A DNA stretch of 64,000 nt from IMG/VR virus record IMGVR_UViG_3300037418_000950; one strand, written 5' to 3'. A program made the position numbers and the translations under genes. The notes beneath the pieces were generated by a model. The model ran no database searches. It was not told where the DNA came from and worked only from the letters and a program-made list of their open reading frames with translations. Shown in pieces: positions 33,853-43,159 of this stretch. Source of the DNA: a virus. Taxonomy: Duplodnaviria > Heunggongvirae > Uroviricota > Caudoviricetes. How positions within the stretch are numbered: the first letter of the stretch is position 1; each line of letters begins with the position of its first letter.

Positions 33853-34141
33853 GTTGATCGATCAACTCCAAGAGGGTTTGGCGATACACGTCATAGGCGT
33901 TGCAATTACCATGATTCGTGTATTCGCAGACACCCCAAATCTGTAACAAGAAATCAAGAGTTTTTTCGCGGATAAAGGATGTTTTGCCGATTGCTATTTC
34001 TTCGAATAGCTCGCTGCGTTCGAAAAAGAGGCAGCGAGCATCCGACTGCGCTGCCTTTTCTTCCTCTATCTCAAACCGCGTCTTCACGCTGGTTCGACGG
34101 TTTTGACTTTCTTTCGGGGGAGAATCTTGAATTCCCCACAA
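33839..34141 (-). CDS. hypothetical protein
   Basis: 100 aa ORF. Confidence 0.4.
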   Translation of the reverse strand: MWGIQDSPPKESQNRRTSVKTRFEIEEEKAAQSDARCLFFERSELFEEIAIGKTSFIREKTLDFLLQIWGVCEYTNHGNCNAYDVYRQTLLELIDQHDKN

Positions 34142-34554
34142 CCTTCTTCGACGCGCCCTTCAGCTAGAGCTTCAAGTTTCTTGATGGCTTCTCGTTTTTC
34201 CTTACTTGGGTCACCCATGAAACCAAATGAAACCCAATGAGCTTGATCTACAGTGATACCCATTAAGGCAGCAAATGCCGTTTCTTCGTCGGTATGACCT
34301 TTATAAGAAAACAGTTTGCGTTTGTAGGTTTCTCCAAATGGATCGACTTTAGTAATGACAGTTGCTTTGAACCCTGCCCGCTTGAACGACGGGATATCCA
34401 TGGCATGACCGATAGCGCATTTTCCCTTGCTTTCGTCGTCGTCTTCGTAATAGTCGTAATATATCCCGTAACTACCCTGATTATAGGCCCCCTTTGGAAG
34501 CGCTTTGAGATAGTCAACAAGCGTGTTGATACGTTTCACGTTCGGTTTGGTCAT
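34084..34554 (-). CDS. hypothetical protein (paralog of 34568..34960)
   Basis: Start at internal Met: MTKPNVKRINTLVDYLKALPKGAYNQGSYG aligned to MSKPNVKRLTILVDYLKTLPDGVYNQASWG. Confidence 0.45.
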   Translation of the reverse strand: MTKPNVKRINTLVDYLKALPKGAYNQGSYGIYYDYYEDDDESKGKCAIGHAMDIPSFKRAGFKATVITKVDPFGETYKRKLFSYKGHTDEETAFAALMGITVDQAHWVSFGFMGDPSKEKREAIKKLEALAEGRVEEGCGEFKILPRKKVKTVEPA

Positions 34555-34567
34555 GGTATTTTCCCCC

Positions 34568-34960
34568 TTAGGCAGCGACCTTTGACTTTGGAATGATTTT
34601 GTAGGTTTCTTTCTTTTCATCAAATAATACTCGGCCATCAATGATGGCTTCAACGCGCTTGATGAAATGAGTTGGTTTACTTGCTTCAAGTTGCTTCTCG
34701 GTATAGCCCTGAATGGACAACCATTCTGCTATACCACTAGAAAGTCCGAAGAACTTGGCTGCCGCTTCACTATAATATGTATTTTTATATTTGCCGTCTT
34801 CATATCCCAGCTTGTTAAATTCTGGAATATCGAAGGAATGGGCCAATCCACATTTACTTTCGGAAAATGAGCCCCAGGAAGCTTGGTTATAAACTCCATC
34901 GGGTAAGGTCTTGAGATAGTCAACAAGGATGGTGAGACGCTTCACATTTGGCTTGGACAT
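34568..34960 (-). CDS. hypothetical protein (paralog of 34084..34554)
   Basis: 130 aa; tandem duplicate. Confidence 0.45.
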   Translation of the reverse strand: MSKPNVKRLTILVDYLKTLPDGVYNQASWGSFSESKCGLAHSFDIPEFNKLGYEDGKYKNTYYSEAAAKFFGLSSGIAEWLSIQGYTEKQLEASKPTHFIKRVEAIIDGRVLFDEKKETYKIIPKSKVAA

Positions 34961-35325
34961 TATATTTCTCCTGAAAGAACTTCATCGATGTGTCTGATGG
35001 TTTCAAATTTGTCTTCCGCGTCCTTATTCGCGAACGTACCGAATATGTGATCGAATTGGGATCGGTCTATGCAAAAGAACTTTTGAGCCACTCTACAAGG
35101 GGACGAATCTCCTTGATACTCAGGCCAAATCATATTCCCTCGGCAGTCACCTATTAATCCTTCATTTTGAAGGGAAGGGCATTGGGTCGCCCAACCCAAT
35201 GCACAAGCCTTGACTACATGGCTCTTGATTTCATCGAAGAACCCGTACCCACGTTGCCAATATTTGTCCGCGGGCACTTCATCCCGTAGGAAGTTGCGCA
35301 GGATCGTCAGTCGCCGTTCGTCCAT
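34960..35325 (-). CDS. hypothetical protein
   Basis: 121 aa ORF. Confidence 0.4.
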   Translation of the reverse strand: MDERRLTILRNFLRDEVPADKYWQRGYGFFDEIKSHVVKACALGWATQCPSLQNEGLIGDCRGNMIWPEYQGDSSPCRVAQKFFCIDRSQFDHIFGTFANKDAEDKFETIRHIDEVLSGEI

Positions 35326-35983
35326 CGAACACCTTTCGTTCTACAATCAGATCGGGGATTCGCTTCAAGGCGTCCGCGTAGAAACTGGACGCACCACTAA
35401 GCTCTTTCGGTTCGCCGCCCGTCCAGGCAACCCGAGTAGCTTCGCGATAGAAGTCTTTCATGAAGGCATAGTTGAGGAGGGTAATCGTGGGGTCCCACAC
35501 TCGCCACAGACTACCTTTCTGAAACTTAATATACCCCAGAATAGCTTTGGGGTCAATAGTACCAGCTACAGCACAGGTACCTAGTGTGGCCAAAGAGTCC
35601 TCATAGGTAAAGCTACCCGAGTATTCCAAATCGGGGGCGAGCCTACGGAACTTGTTAGTCCGTCGCCAGATATCTTTGGTATCCAGAATTTTGATTTTGT
35701 TTTGAGCGCGATCCACCTGTTCGATGGCGTCTTCATCGGCCATGATCAGATTGTCGAAACGGTCGGTGTCCACCGCAATGACGACAGGATTATTGTCATC
35801 GTCCTTGCCATTCGTGCCCCATGCAAAGTACGGCGCGTAACTATCCGAGAGATAGACACGGTTGCGGTCGGACTGAACGGTATGGGCAAAGTTGCCCTTG
35901 TGCTTGCTGAACCTGCGAGGTAGGAGTCCATGCTTCAAGATGGACTCCAGGTACTTGCCAGAGGTGCCGTGAAAGAGTTGCAT
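35279..35983 (-). CDS. hypothetical protein (start at MQLFHGTSGKY)
   Basis: About 234 aa; FHGTS, YLSDSY, EYSGSF blocks; no confident family. Confidence 0.4.
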   Translation of the reverse strand: MQLFHGTSGKYLESILKHGLLPRRFSKHKGNFAHTVQSDRNRVYLSDSYAPYFAWGTNGKDDDNNPVVIAVDTDRFDNLIMADEDAIEQVDRAQNKIKILDTKDIWRRTNKFRRLAPDLEYSGSFTYEDSLATLGTCAVAGTIDPKAILGYIKFQKGSLWRVWDPTITLLNYAFMKDFYREATRVAWTGGEPKELSGASSFYADALKRIPDLIVERKVFDGRTATDDPAQLPTG

Positions 35984-35984
35984 G

Positions 35985-36260
35985 TTACTTCTTGTCCTTT
36001 CCGAACAGAAAATCCAGTGCGTGTGCGCCGCCTGCATGAAGCATGTAACCACAACCTTTTTCTTCAAGGTTGGTGACGTGATTGCATTCCTCACACTTGC
36101 CCTTCGTGTACAGAAGGTCTTCGTCAACAATCGTTTGGCGAGCCCCGCACTTTTCACAGGTAAATTTCTGAAAGAAGTGACAGTTGTTGTTGAGTAGGTC
36201 TAGGCACTCAGCAACAATTTGTTCAAACGGTTTGTCGCCAGGGGTGATATCAGCCATCAT
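35985..36260 (-). CDS. small zinc-ribbon protein
   Basis: 91 aa; CEKCG...CEECN; strong RBS AGGAGAATACATG; downstream of the promoter at 36287-36314. Confidence 0.45.
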   Translation of the reverse strand: MMADITPGDKPFEQIVAECLDLLNNNCHFFQKFTCEKCGARQTIVDEDLLYTKGKCEECNHVTNLEEKGCGYMLHAGGAHALDFLFGKDKK

Positions 36261-36286
36261 GTATTCTCCTTTGATTACTCAGACGT

Positions 36287-36314
36287 AATGTAACTTTCAT
36301 TATCAAAAAGTCAA
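36287..36314 (-). promoter_or_regulatory. sigma70-like promoter (copy 2 of shared motif)
   Basis: Minus strand TTGACT-TTTTGATAATGAAAGT-TACATT; shares the 18-mer AACTTTCATTATCAAAAA with 5894-5922. Confidence 0.45.
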
Positions 36315-36392
36315 GTCTGTTACAAAGGTGAAACAATTCAAAACCTTATTCATCTAAATAGTGTGGTTGCAACCTTTTTCCTTAGGACTCCG

Positions 36393-37409
36393 ATGCTTAC
36401 TCTGAACAATAAAATGATCAACAAAGACAAGCTCTATGTCATAGCTTGTGTCTCCAATCCTGAACGCTACAAACGCCGTTGGGAGCTTTTCCAACAATTC
36501 CAACGCCACATGCACGACGTTGAGGCCAACCTTATCACCGTCGAAATTGCCTATGGAGCCCGTTACCCTCAGGTCATCGAAGGTAAGTATAGCTTCTGTG
36601 ATACCAAGACCTTGCTTTTCCGTTCCGAGGAAGAACTTTGGCACAAGGAAAATATGATCAATCTCGGCATCCAATTCCTAACCCAAATCGATCCCGATTG
36701 GGATGGTGTCTGTTGGATTGACGCCGACGTTCATTTCCAACGCCACGACATTATCGAGGAAACGGCCCATCAACTCCAGCATTACGATGTCGTGCAGATG
36801 TTCAGCCACGCCATCGATTTGGACCCCAACTATCGGCCCATTCGCAATAATAACGGCTTTGTGTACTCGTGGTTTCAAAACAATTTTGAGCCGCCGCGGG
36901 GTGCGGGCCATGGCGGATACTATGGGGCGGCGAAGGGGGAATTCTGGCACCCTGGATATGCCTGGGCGGCGCGGCGCAGCGCCTTGGACCAAATCCAGCT
37001 TCTGGACAAGGCCATCCTAGGGGCGGGTGATCATCATATGGCACTCGGACTCATTGGGCAAGCCAAACGTTCGTTACCCTATGGAGTGTCGAAGGGTTAC
37101 CGTGATATGGTCATGCAATGGGAGGAACAGGCGTCGGTGTTGAAACAGAACATTGGCTACGTGCCAGGAACCTTGACGCACTATTGGCATGGGTCAAAGT
37201 CGAAACGGAAGTACATCGAACGTTGGAAGATCATTACCGACAATCAGTATGATCCTGTGAAGGATTTGTCGCGCGAGCCCTCAGGTATCTATCGCCTGAA
37301 CATGAACCATGGCGCGCGGTCGATTAAACTGCGCAATCAAATTCGGGCATACTTTCAACAACGCAACGAAGACTGCATCTATACCGAAAACGAAGTCTAC
37401 AAGATTTAA
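36393..37409 (+). CDS. GT-A-like glycosyltransferase (DxD), tentative
   Basis: One of three plus-strand genes called. Start at ATG with AGGA RBS (MLTLNNKMINKDKLYVIACVSNP...); WIDADVHF DxD-type motif; about 339 aa. Confidence 0.45.
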   Translation: MLTLNNKMINKDKLYVIACVSNPERYKRRWELFQQFQRHMHDVEANLITVEIAYGARYPQVIEGKYSFCDTKTLLFRSEEELWHKENMINLGIQFLTQIDPDWDGVCWIDADVHFQRHDIIEETAHQLQHYDVVQMFSHAIDLDPNYRPIRNNNGFVYSWFQNNFEPPRGAGHGGYYGAAKGEFWHPGYAWAARRSALDQIQLLDKAILGAGDHHMALGLIGQAKRSLPYGVSKGYRDMVMQWEEQASVLKQNIGYVPGTLTHYWHGSKSKRKYIERWKIITDNQYDPVKDLSREPSGIYRLNMNHGARSIKLRNQIRAYFQQRNEDCIYTENEVYKI

Positions 37410-37816
37410 GCCTTGTTGAGCTTCAGATGTTTCGAGTGAATCTTGCAGCCAATGAAGTTGTTATAGAACTTATCAGGATGATATAGCACTTCGCGATTGA
37501 TTTGCTCCTTCGCTTCAAGTAGCGCCATTTCCCCTTTAGTACGACATAGATGTAGGATTTCTCTCTTGAAATCGCCACGCGAAGAAGCTTGTAAGTCAGC
37601 CAAAAGAACACTGTTAGAACCAAAATATTGCTTCCAATCAGATTCAGACGTGACGGACTTTCGTCGTGTTTTTCCTTTGACTTTGACTTTTTTCGTTGAA
37701 TAGAAGTTTTTCTTGCCAACGTACTGCCTGCCAGTTTTGAGGTTGGTTATAATGTATACAAAACCAACTACATTGGGCGGCACGTCATCCAATTCACTTC
37801 CGATATAAATCCACAT
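37406..37816 (-). CDS. GIY-YIG domain endonuclease (small)
   Basis: 136 aa; VVGFVYIITNLKTGRQYVGKK matches GIY-...-YIG. Confidence 0.6.
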   Translation of the reverse strand: MWIYIGSELDDVPPNVVGFVYIITNLKTGRQYVGKKNFYSTKKVKVKGKTRRKSVTSESDWKQYFGSNSVLLADLQASSRGDFKREILHLCRTKGEMALLEAKEQINREVLYHPDKFYNNFIGCKIHSKHLKLNKA

Positions 37817-37859
37817 AAAAAATAGTCCTTAAATTTCTCTAAGGACTATTTATCTGTTT

Positions 37860-38150
37860 TCAATCGTCGTAATATTCGTCGGGCATCCCGCCGTTTTCGT
37901 CTAAGTCGAAGTCGGGATTGTCTTCTCCATCGTAGTCTTCCATCTGATTGGTCAGTGGATGCAGCGCATTATAAGCTGTCTCAAAAATTTCATCATCAGC
38001 AAAACAAGTCTTTAATGAATCGCAATTAAAGCCTTCGAAAATCTCAATCAGCTCCTCATAGATATCTTGTCTGGTGTCATCCTCGGGTACCTTATCCAAA
38101 AGGCAGCCGATGATTTCTGTCATAACGCGCGAACCATTGTTCCAACTCAT
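37860..38150 (-). CDS. hypothetical acidic protein
   Basis: 96 aa; highly acidic C-terminus. Confidence 0.4.
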   Translation of the reverse strand: MSWNNGSRVMTEIIGCLLDKVPEDDTRQDIYEELIEIFEGFNCDSLKTCFADDEIFETAYNALHPLTNQMEDYDGEDNPDFDLDENGGMPDEYYDD

Positions 38151-38286
38151 AACTCATTCCCCCGATGATACTCGATACAAAAAATAACCAAGTGCGATAA
38201 CAAAAGCTAAGACACACAGACTTGGCACTGGTGATACGCTTACAAGGTGCATGAGGTTTCTCCCCCGTGGTTTATTTTCCCCCTAT

Positions 38287-38622
38287 TTATCTGCGACCTG
38301 GATCGGGAACGTCGTCCTGCATTTCTTGATCGGTCATCCAACGGCCTTGATCATAGTGCCAGTGGCGACGGTCATAGAGATTGAGGATTAACGTCAACCC
38401 AAGCAATTGAAGCTCTAACTTTGGTCCCGCGTGATCCTGATAGAGCCAATAATTAAAATTGATACCGATAATCGGGAAACAACCTCCCCAGAGACCCTTA
38501 TCAAATTGGATAGAGAATGCCTTGTTTTTGGTGATCAGTTCATCCCAATAGAAAATTGAATCTGACCAACTGTTTTTTTCTTTCTTCAAAGGCCATTCAA
38601 GTCCGAAACTGAAATTGATCAT
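38287..38622 (-). CDS. hypothetical aromatic-rich protein
   Basis: Start at internal Met (MINFSFGLEWPLKK...) placed by the ATGA junction with the DUF488 gene. Confidence 0.35.
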   Translation of the reverse strand: MINFSFGLEWPLKKEKNSWSDSIFYWDELITKNKAFSIQFDKGLWGGCFPIIGINFNYWLYQDHAGPKLELQLLGLTLILNLYDRRHWHYDQGRWMTDQEMQDDVPDPGRR

Positions 38623-39173
38623 AGCAATTGTCCTTGTGTCGGTGGGTAAGTCAGTTCGGTGCCGTTGACGAGCGCGAACGAAGTCAGCTTGCGCGGCTTG
38701 GCGTTGCTTTTCGAGAATATCTCGATCACGGGCACGTCGCGGATCACCAGCGCATCCGAGACCAACGACCGATGGCATCGCCACGGCACGGCTTCGGCAC
38801 ACATGATCGCCACGTTATTCCTCTGACCCAACTTGATCAGTTCGGTAAGGCCAGATTGAAATTCGGGTGTCTGCATGTAGTCCGCGTAGGCGCGGAACCC
38901 GCCGTTACGCCAGCCTGTGTTGGGGGAGTTGTCGCAGCAACGCCGTTTCCGATGCCCGCCAAGGCGTGGCAAATGCGTATATCGTATTCCGAGCGAAGGC
39001 AAGGTAAACTGTAGGGCGTCTTTGTTGTATTGCGGGCAGTAACGGGAACTTGGCGCACTGCGAATGTCCGCCAGCAAGTTTATATCGTAGGCTTGCAGCA
39101 TTTCTACAAAGGTTCCGAACGGATGGTTCGAATGCCCGATTGTAAAAATGGTTCCCGTCTCGTACTCCATCAT
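38619..39173 (-). CDS. DUF488 family protein
   Basis: 184 aa; IFTIGHSNHPFGTFVEMLQAYDINLLADIRSAPSS matches the DUF488 N-terminal signature. Confidence 0.6.
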   Translation of the reverse strand: MMEYETGTIFTIGHSNHPFGTFVEMLQAYDINLLADIRSAPSSRYCPQYNKDALQFTLPSLGIRYTHLPRLGGHRKRRCCDNSPNTGWRNGGFRAYADYMQTPEFQSGLTELIKLGQRNNVAIMCAEAVPWRCHRSLVSDALVIRDVPVIEIFSKSNAKPRKLTSFALVNGTELTYPPTQGQLL

Positions 39174-39182
39174 GTCACCCTG

Positions 39183-41417
39183 TTAGATGAAGCAAGAAGC
39201 TTCACCACGTTCGTTGACGCCGACACATGCCGCGGCTCCAGTCGTATCGATATCGGTGAACTTCTTTTCTGTAAGTTCGTTGATCCAATCGATATCAACC
39301 ATGGTCTGTTGTATCTTGAACCATTTGTGAAGTAAAGATACATCCTTCAGGCAATACTCAGCTTGTTTTAGGTCAGAATCAAAATAGTTATTAGCAAAGT
39401 TTTTGAATCGTCTAACCCAATCTAACTTCAGGGCATTTTCGGCGTCTACGACTTCCAAGTTTTCTCCGATGCCCGCCGCTGTGTTACAGGCCAGCCACAG
39501 GTTGTCGAAAATCTTGTTGGCATCCACAATCAATCCAGAGGCGAAAATCGCCCCCGAGCCATAGAGCTTGACAATGTCTTCGGCAACGCGGACCTTGGTG
39601 TTCGGAGCCTGGAAATAATCCTTGTCGCCCGTGTCGGCAATGAAGGAAATGCCCGCAAAGTACCGACGATTCTTGAACACGTAGTCCTGGACGGCATCCC
39701 AATCATCAACCGAAATGGTATTCGAGACGTTGTGTCGAACGGTTTTATTGACACAAAGGTCAACGTCGGTGCCAGATTCAACCCAATTCTGTTGCGCCAG
39801 CTTGACCAACTCCAGGTGCTTGACACCCTTGATTTCATCCTTGAACAAGGCGCTTGGATTGGATACCACGGGGAAGGAAATCACATAGTCATTCTTGCTC
39901 GATGACCATGCCGACTCCTCAATCATCCATGGGTTATTCTTGAGCATAAGCTGTGCCACCTCATTATCCTTGGAGATTTGGATATTGCGGATGTACATCG
40001 GCGCGTGCTCGGGATGGATACCCGATGGTGTCTTGAGAAGCACCGAGGCGTTGCCCGATGGCTTGACACAAGTCGTTCGCGCCGCGGGGTTGATCCCGAT
40101 TAGGGCGGCGATACGTTTGTTGGTCGCCAGGACTTTCTTGGCTCCCTTGCGTAGCACCGTTTCATCGAACAAGACTTGCGGGTTGGCCATCCAACCCGTG
40201 ATTGAGACCCCAATCAAGGATTCGCGTTCGAAGATTGCCTTCGACGTTGGGGGCAGGAAGGTGAAATTGGTATAGCCCGCTTGCAAGGTGCAGAGGATCG
40301 CCGCCGCCTCACAGAGTTGAAAGAAGTTGGCCGCTGTATCGCATTGCGAGCCATTGATTTCCGACAGGTTGCATCCCTGCCAACCTGTGATGCCATCCAA
40401 TTGTGGGAACATGCCGATTTCGACACAGGGATTGAAACAGGTTTCCAGATCGTCGGAAAAGATGAACCCAGGTTCGCCAAACTGGCGGGTACGGGCAAAC
40501 AGTTCGGCAAATTGTTCCTTAGTGATTTGATCACGCACAAGAATGGCGCTATTGTTGGAACGTGCCCGTTGCGGATTTGTAATTAGCCAATTGCCTGTCT
40601 TTGCATTCATCATGTCTTCGTCGTCCACCGAAAACAGACAGATGGTTGCCGACCGACGCACGCCGCCTGAAATGACGGCATCCATGGCGTGCATAACAAT
40701 ATCGTAGACTTGGATCGGCGTCAGCTTGGCGGGCGACTCACCCTTCTTCTTGGGAAGCGTGATGCCTTGCAGAATGTATTCGATGCGGTCCAGCGCCATA
40801 CGCAACGGATCGGGACCAGGGGCTTTGAAGCCACCGCTGATTTTGGCACCCTTGGGGCGAATTTGGCTTAGATCGAAGTAGACGCGATGGCCGCGATATT
40901 CGGGGAACTTCGGGCTTTCTTCGAAATAGGATGCCAGCAAGGCATCAAGAGCATTGGCCCAACCCTCAATCGAGTCTTCAACGACGTGGACCTTGGGAGC
41001 CTTGGTGCGTTGGATAATAGCGGGGAGCTTGGCGACGTGGTGCTTCTGAACTGAGAACCCTGCTCCGCAACCACACAGGGCAATGTAGAATATTTCACCA
41101 AAGAATTCGGGACGGTCGGCGTAGGAAGACGTACAGTTATACATCTTCATCGGGTGCTTGAGGATTTGTTCACCGCCGAATTGGAGCGCCCGTTGCGCGC
41201 CCAAGACACCCTTGGATTTGTAGATGGTGGTAGCGAAATAAATAGCTTCCTCCAGTTCAGGAGAAAGCTTGTCCTTATAGTAATCCCGATGCATCGCCAT
41301 GACGCGATCTACGGCTTCTTCCCATGTTTCATATCGTTCTAATTCGTCGTTATATCTCGAATATCCTTCATAAAACTTACTTTGCGAGAGCATTTCTCGC
41401 GAATCCTTAAACAGCAA
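39183..41417 (-). CDS. nrdJ: class II (adenosylcobalamin-dependent) ribonucleotide reductase, monomeric type
   Basis: 744 aa single polypeptide; NPCVEI active-site Cys motif. Confidence 0.75.
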   Translation of the reverse strand: MLFKDSREMLSQSKFYEGYSRYNDELERYETWEEAVDRVMAMHRDYYKDKLSPELEEAIYFATTIYKSKGVLGAQRALQFGGEQILKHPMKMYNCTSSYADRPEFFGEIFYIALCGCGAGFSVQKHHVAKLPAIIQRTKAPKVHVVEDSIEGWANALDALLASYFEESPKFPEYRGHRVYFDLSQIRPKGAKISGGFKAPGPDPLRMALDRIEYILQGITLPKKKGESPAKLTPIQVYDIVMHAMDAVISGGVRRSATICLFSVDDEDMMNAKTGNWLITNPQRARSNNSAILVRDQITKEQFAELFARTRQFGEPGFIFSDDLETCFNPCVEIGMFPQLDGITGWQGCNLSEINGSQCDTAANFFQLCEAAAILCTLQAGYTNFTFLPPTSKAIFERESLIGVSITGWMANPQVLFDETVLRKGAKKVLATNKRIAALIGINPAARTTCVKPSGNASVLLKTPSGIHPEHAPMYIRNIQISKDNEVAQLMLKNNPWMIEESAWSSSKNDYVISFPVVSNPSALFKDEIKGVKHLELVKLAQQNWVESGTDVDLCVNKTVRHNVSNTISVDDWDAVQDYVFKNRRYFAGISFIADTGDKDYFQAPNTKVRVAEDIVKLYGSGAIFASGLIVDANKIFDNLWLACNTAAGIGENLEVVDAENALKLDWVRRFKNFANNYFDSDLKQAEYCLKDVSLLHKWFKIQQTMVDIDWINELTEKKFTDIDTTGAAACVGVNERGEASCFI

Positions 41418-41973
41418 CCTTATTTCCTTTTTTTAGTGTAGTCTTTTTGTTCATCCAATTATATAATCTTCCAGAAACAAATCCGTCTGGTCTTTCTATA
41501 GCTCTTACATTGATGGTTCCGTTATTCCACCATTTAGTTTTACTTACTCCAATTGATACAGCTTTCTTCCATTCGTCATTTAATGACCCTCGCTTATTTC
41601 CCATTTGACCTTGAGAAATGCGCGCCCTATGAATTTCACTTTTTGGTTTTCTATATTTGGACGTATCTTTAATTTTCCACCGTTTGCCTAAAGCGGGTTT
41701 CTCAGGTGGTAACGCACCTCCAGGTGCTATATTCCAACCAATTTTATCTCTTGGTCGAAATAACAATTCTGCCGCTAAACAATCGTTTTCTGACCCTTCA
41801 TACACGATATTAAGTTTTATATCGTCGTATTTTGCAATTGCAGATTTGATAATAGGGTTCACACGACTCTGCGCATGTTCAGTTAAACGTCTATCAGTGT
41901 TAGCGCTTATACCGACGTATCCTTCGCTCCAAATACTTGTATGAAAACTTCGTCTAATCCAATAGACAAACAA
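41407..41973 (-). CDS. GIY-YIG homing endonuclease
   Basis: 188 aa; VYWIRRSF...GYVGIS N-terminal GIY-YIG, basic C-terminal DNA-binding region; overlaps the nrdJ start by 11 nt. Confidence 0.65.
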   Translation of the reverse strand: MFVYWIRRSFHTSIWSEGYVGISANTDRRLTEHAQSRVNPIIKSAIAKYDDIKLNIVYEGSENDCLAAELLFRPRDKIGWNIAPGGALPPEKPALGKRWKIKDTSKYRKPKSEIHRARISQGQMGNKRGSLNDEWKKAVSIGVSKTKWWNNGTINVRAIERPDGFVSGRLYNWMNKKTTLKKGNKVAV

Positions 41974-41992
41974 TTAAGTCTCCGTAGTGTTT

Positions 41993-42565
41993 TTATTCTT
42001 GGGTCACTTCATTCTCCATCACCCATTCAAATATTTCGTCGATATTTTCTTTATCAGTGCCGTCCAATACCTGAAACATGATGAAGTGTTTTTGAAGTTT
42101 AGCGAAGGCGCGAGCATCGATTATTTTAGCTTCGTCTAAGCTTTGATTGCGCCCGTTGGGATCGTATTCCTTTACGCGCGTGAGATAGAAGATTTCGTTG
42201 TCGAACTGCATGAACGTCTGATCAAAAAAACGACGCACCAGATCGGTATATTCAGGGGTGAATATACTGAGGTCTTTCAGCTTGTCGATATAGTGATCAA
42301 AGTAGATGGAGCTTAGGAGTAACGGCGAATCCGTCACCACATAAGATACCTTATTTAGGAGCCGAAATTGACGACGGAATTGTTCGCTGAAAACGTGTAT
42401 CTGATTTTCCAGGAGCTTCTGAGTGCCTTCCCAAGTCGCTTCCTTGGCATACTCGGTGACAAGTTCGCAGGAGATTTTCTGTTGCTTGAGACGACTAAAA
42501 AGGCCCGTGGCGACTGTTGATTTCCCAACACCAGGGCCTCCCATAAGATTAATTATTTTCGTCAA
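41993..42565 (-). CDS. P-loop (deoxy)nucleotide kinase, tentative
   Basis: 190 aa; Walker A LMGGPGVGKST at the N-terminus; sits within the nucleotide-metabolism gene cluster. Confidence 0.5.
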   Translation of the reverse strand: MTKIINLMGGPGVGKSTVATGLFSRLKQQKISCELVTEYAKEATWEGTQKLLENQIHVFSEQFRRQFRLLNKVSYVVTDSPLLLSSIYFDHYIDKLKDLSIFTPEYTDLVRRFFDQTFMQFDNEIFYLTRVKEYDPNGRNQSLDEAKIIDARAFAKLQKHFIMFQVLDGTDKENIDEIFEWVMENEVTQE

Positions 42566-42839
42566 ATGGTTCGTACCTTTCTTCGAAAAGATGTTTCTTG
42601 TTGAACCAGAATTCGTCAGGACCGCCCTTGATCAGATAGTCGCCCGTCGAAGCTTCCATCACGCCTTCAAGAGTTTGAATTTTAAGTGTTATATTACACA
42701 TAATATCTGCTACTGCGAGTGTGACCTTTTTATTAGGATCAAGTTCATCAAGCCATGTAAAAAAATCTTTGGCAGCTTGCCCTTTGAATTGTGGGATTTG
42801 TTTGGCTTCGACGGGAATAGGCTTTTTGACGTACTTCAT
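42549..42839 (-). CDS. hypothetical protein
   Basis: 96 aa ORF. Confidence 0.4.
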   Translation of the reverse strand: MKYVKKPIPVEAKQIPQFKGQAAKDFFTWLDELDPNKKVTLAVADIMCNITLKIQTLEGVMEASTGDYLIKGGPDEFWFNKKHLFEERYEPFDENN

Positions 42840-43159
42840 TCGATAACCTCATGACCAATGTCTGGACCCCAATCAATTTCGTTTTTGGCTTCGTCGATTG
42901 TTTGCAGGTGCTTGCGAATGTAGCGCATGAACAGCATGGCGCGATCCTTGGCCAGGAAAACCCCGTCGCCCGTGTCGTCAATCGGCACAGGAAACTCAAA
43001 GCCGTCTTCGGTTGCATACCAGAGTTCTTTGGCGCGGTAGAATTTGAAGAAGACTTGCTTGTCATTCTTCACCATATCGATAAGTTTCATCATACTTTCC
43101 AAAAAGGTACTTGAGCTTCTTTGAACATACTCAAAGCGGTTTCTATGTTGTCTTTCCAC
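42836..43159 (-). CDS. hypothetical protein
   Basis: 107 aa ORF. Confidence 0.4.
   Translation of the reverse strand: MERQHRNRFEYVQRSSSTFLESMMKLIDMVKNDKQVFFKFYRAKELWYATEDGFEFPVPIDDTGDGVFLAKDRAMLFMRYIRKHLQTIDEAKNEIDWGPDIGHEVIE

Noticed and set aside
36354-37044. Minus-strand ORFs 36354..36674, 36678..36992, 36802..37044 inside the plus-strand GT-A-like gene
   Set aside because: These are antisense shadows of the only long plus-strand gene; Arg/Pro-rich junk composition.
39183-41973. Possibility that nrdJ or the DNA polymerase is interrupted by an intron or intein hosting the adjacent GIY-YIG/HNH genes
   Set aside because: NrdJ reads as one uninterrupted 744-aa frame, and the polymerase motifs are contiguous. 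The endonuclease genes are free-standing between genes.
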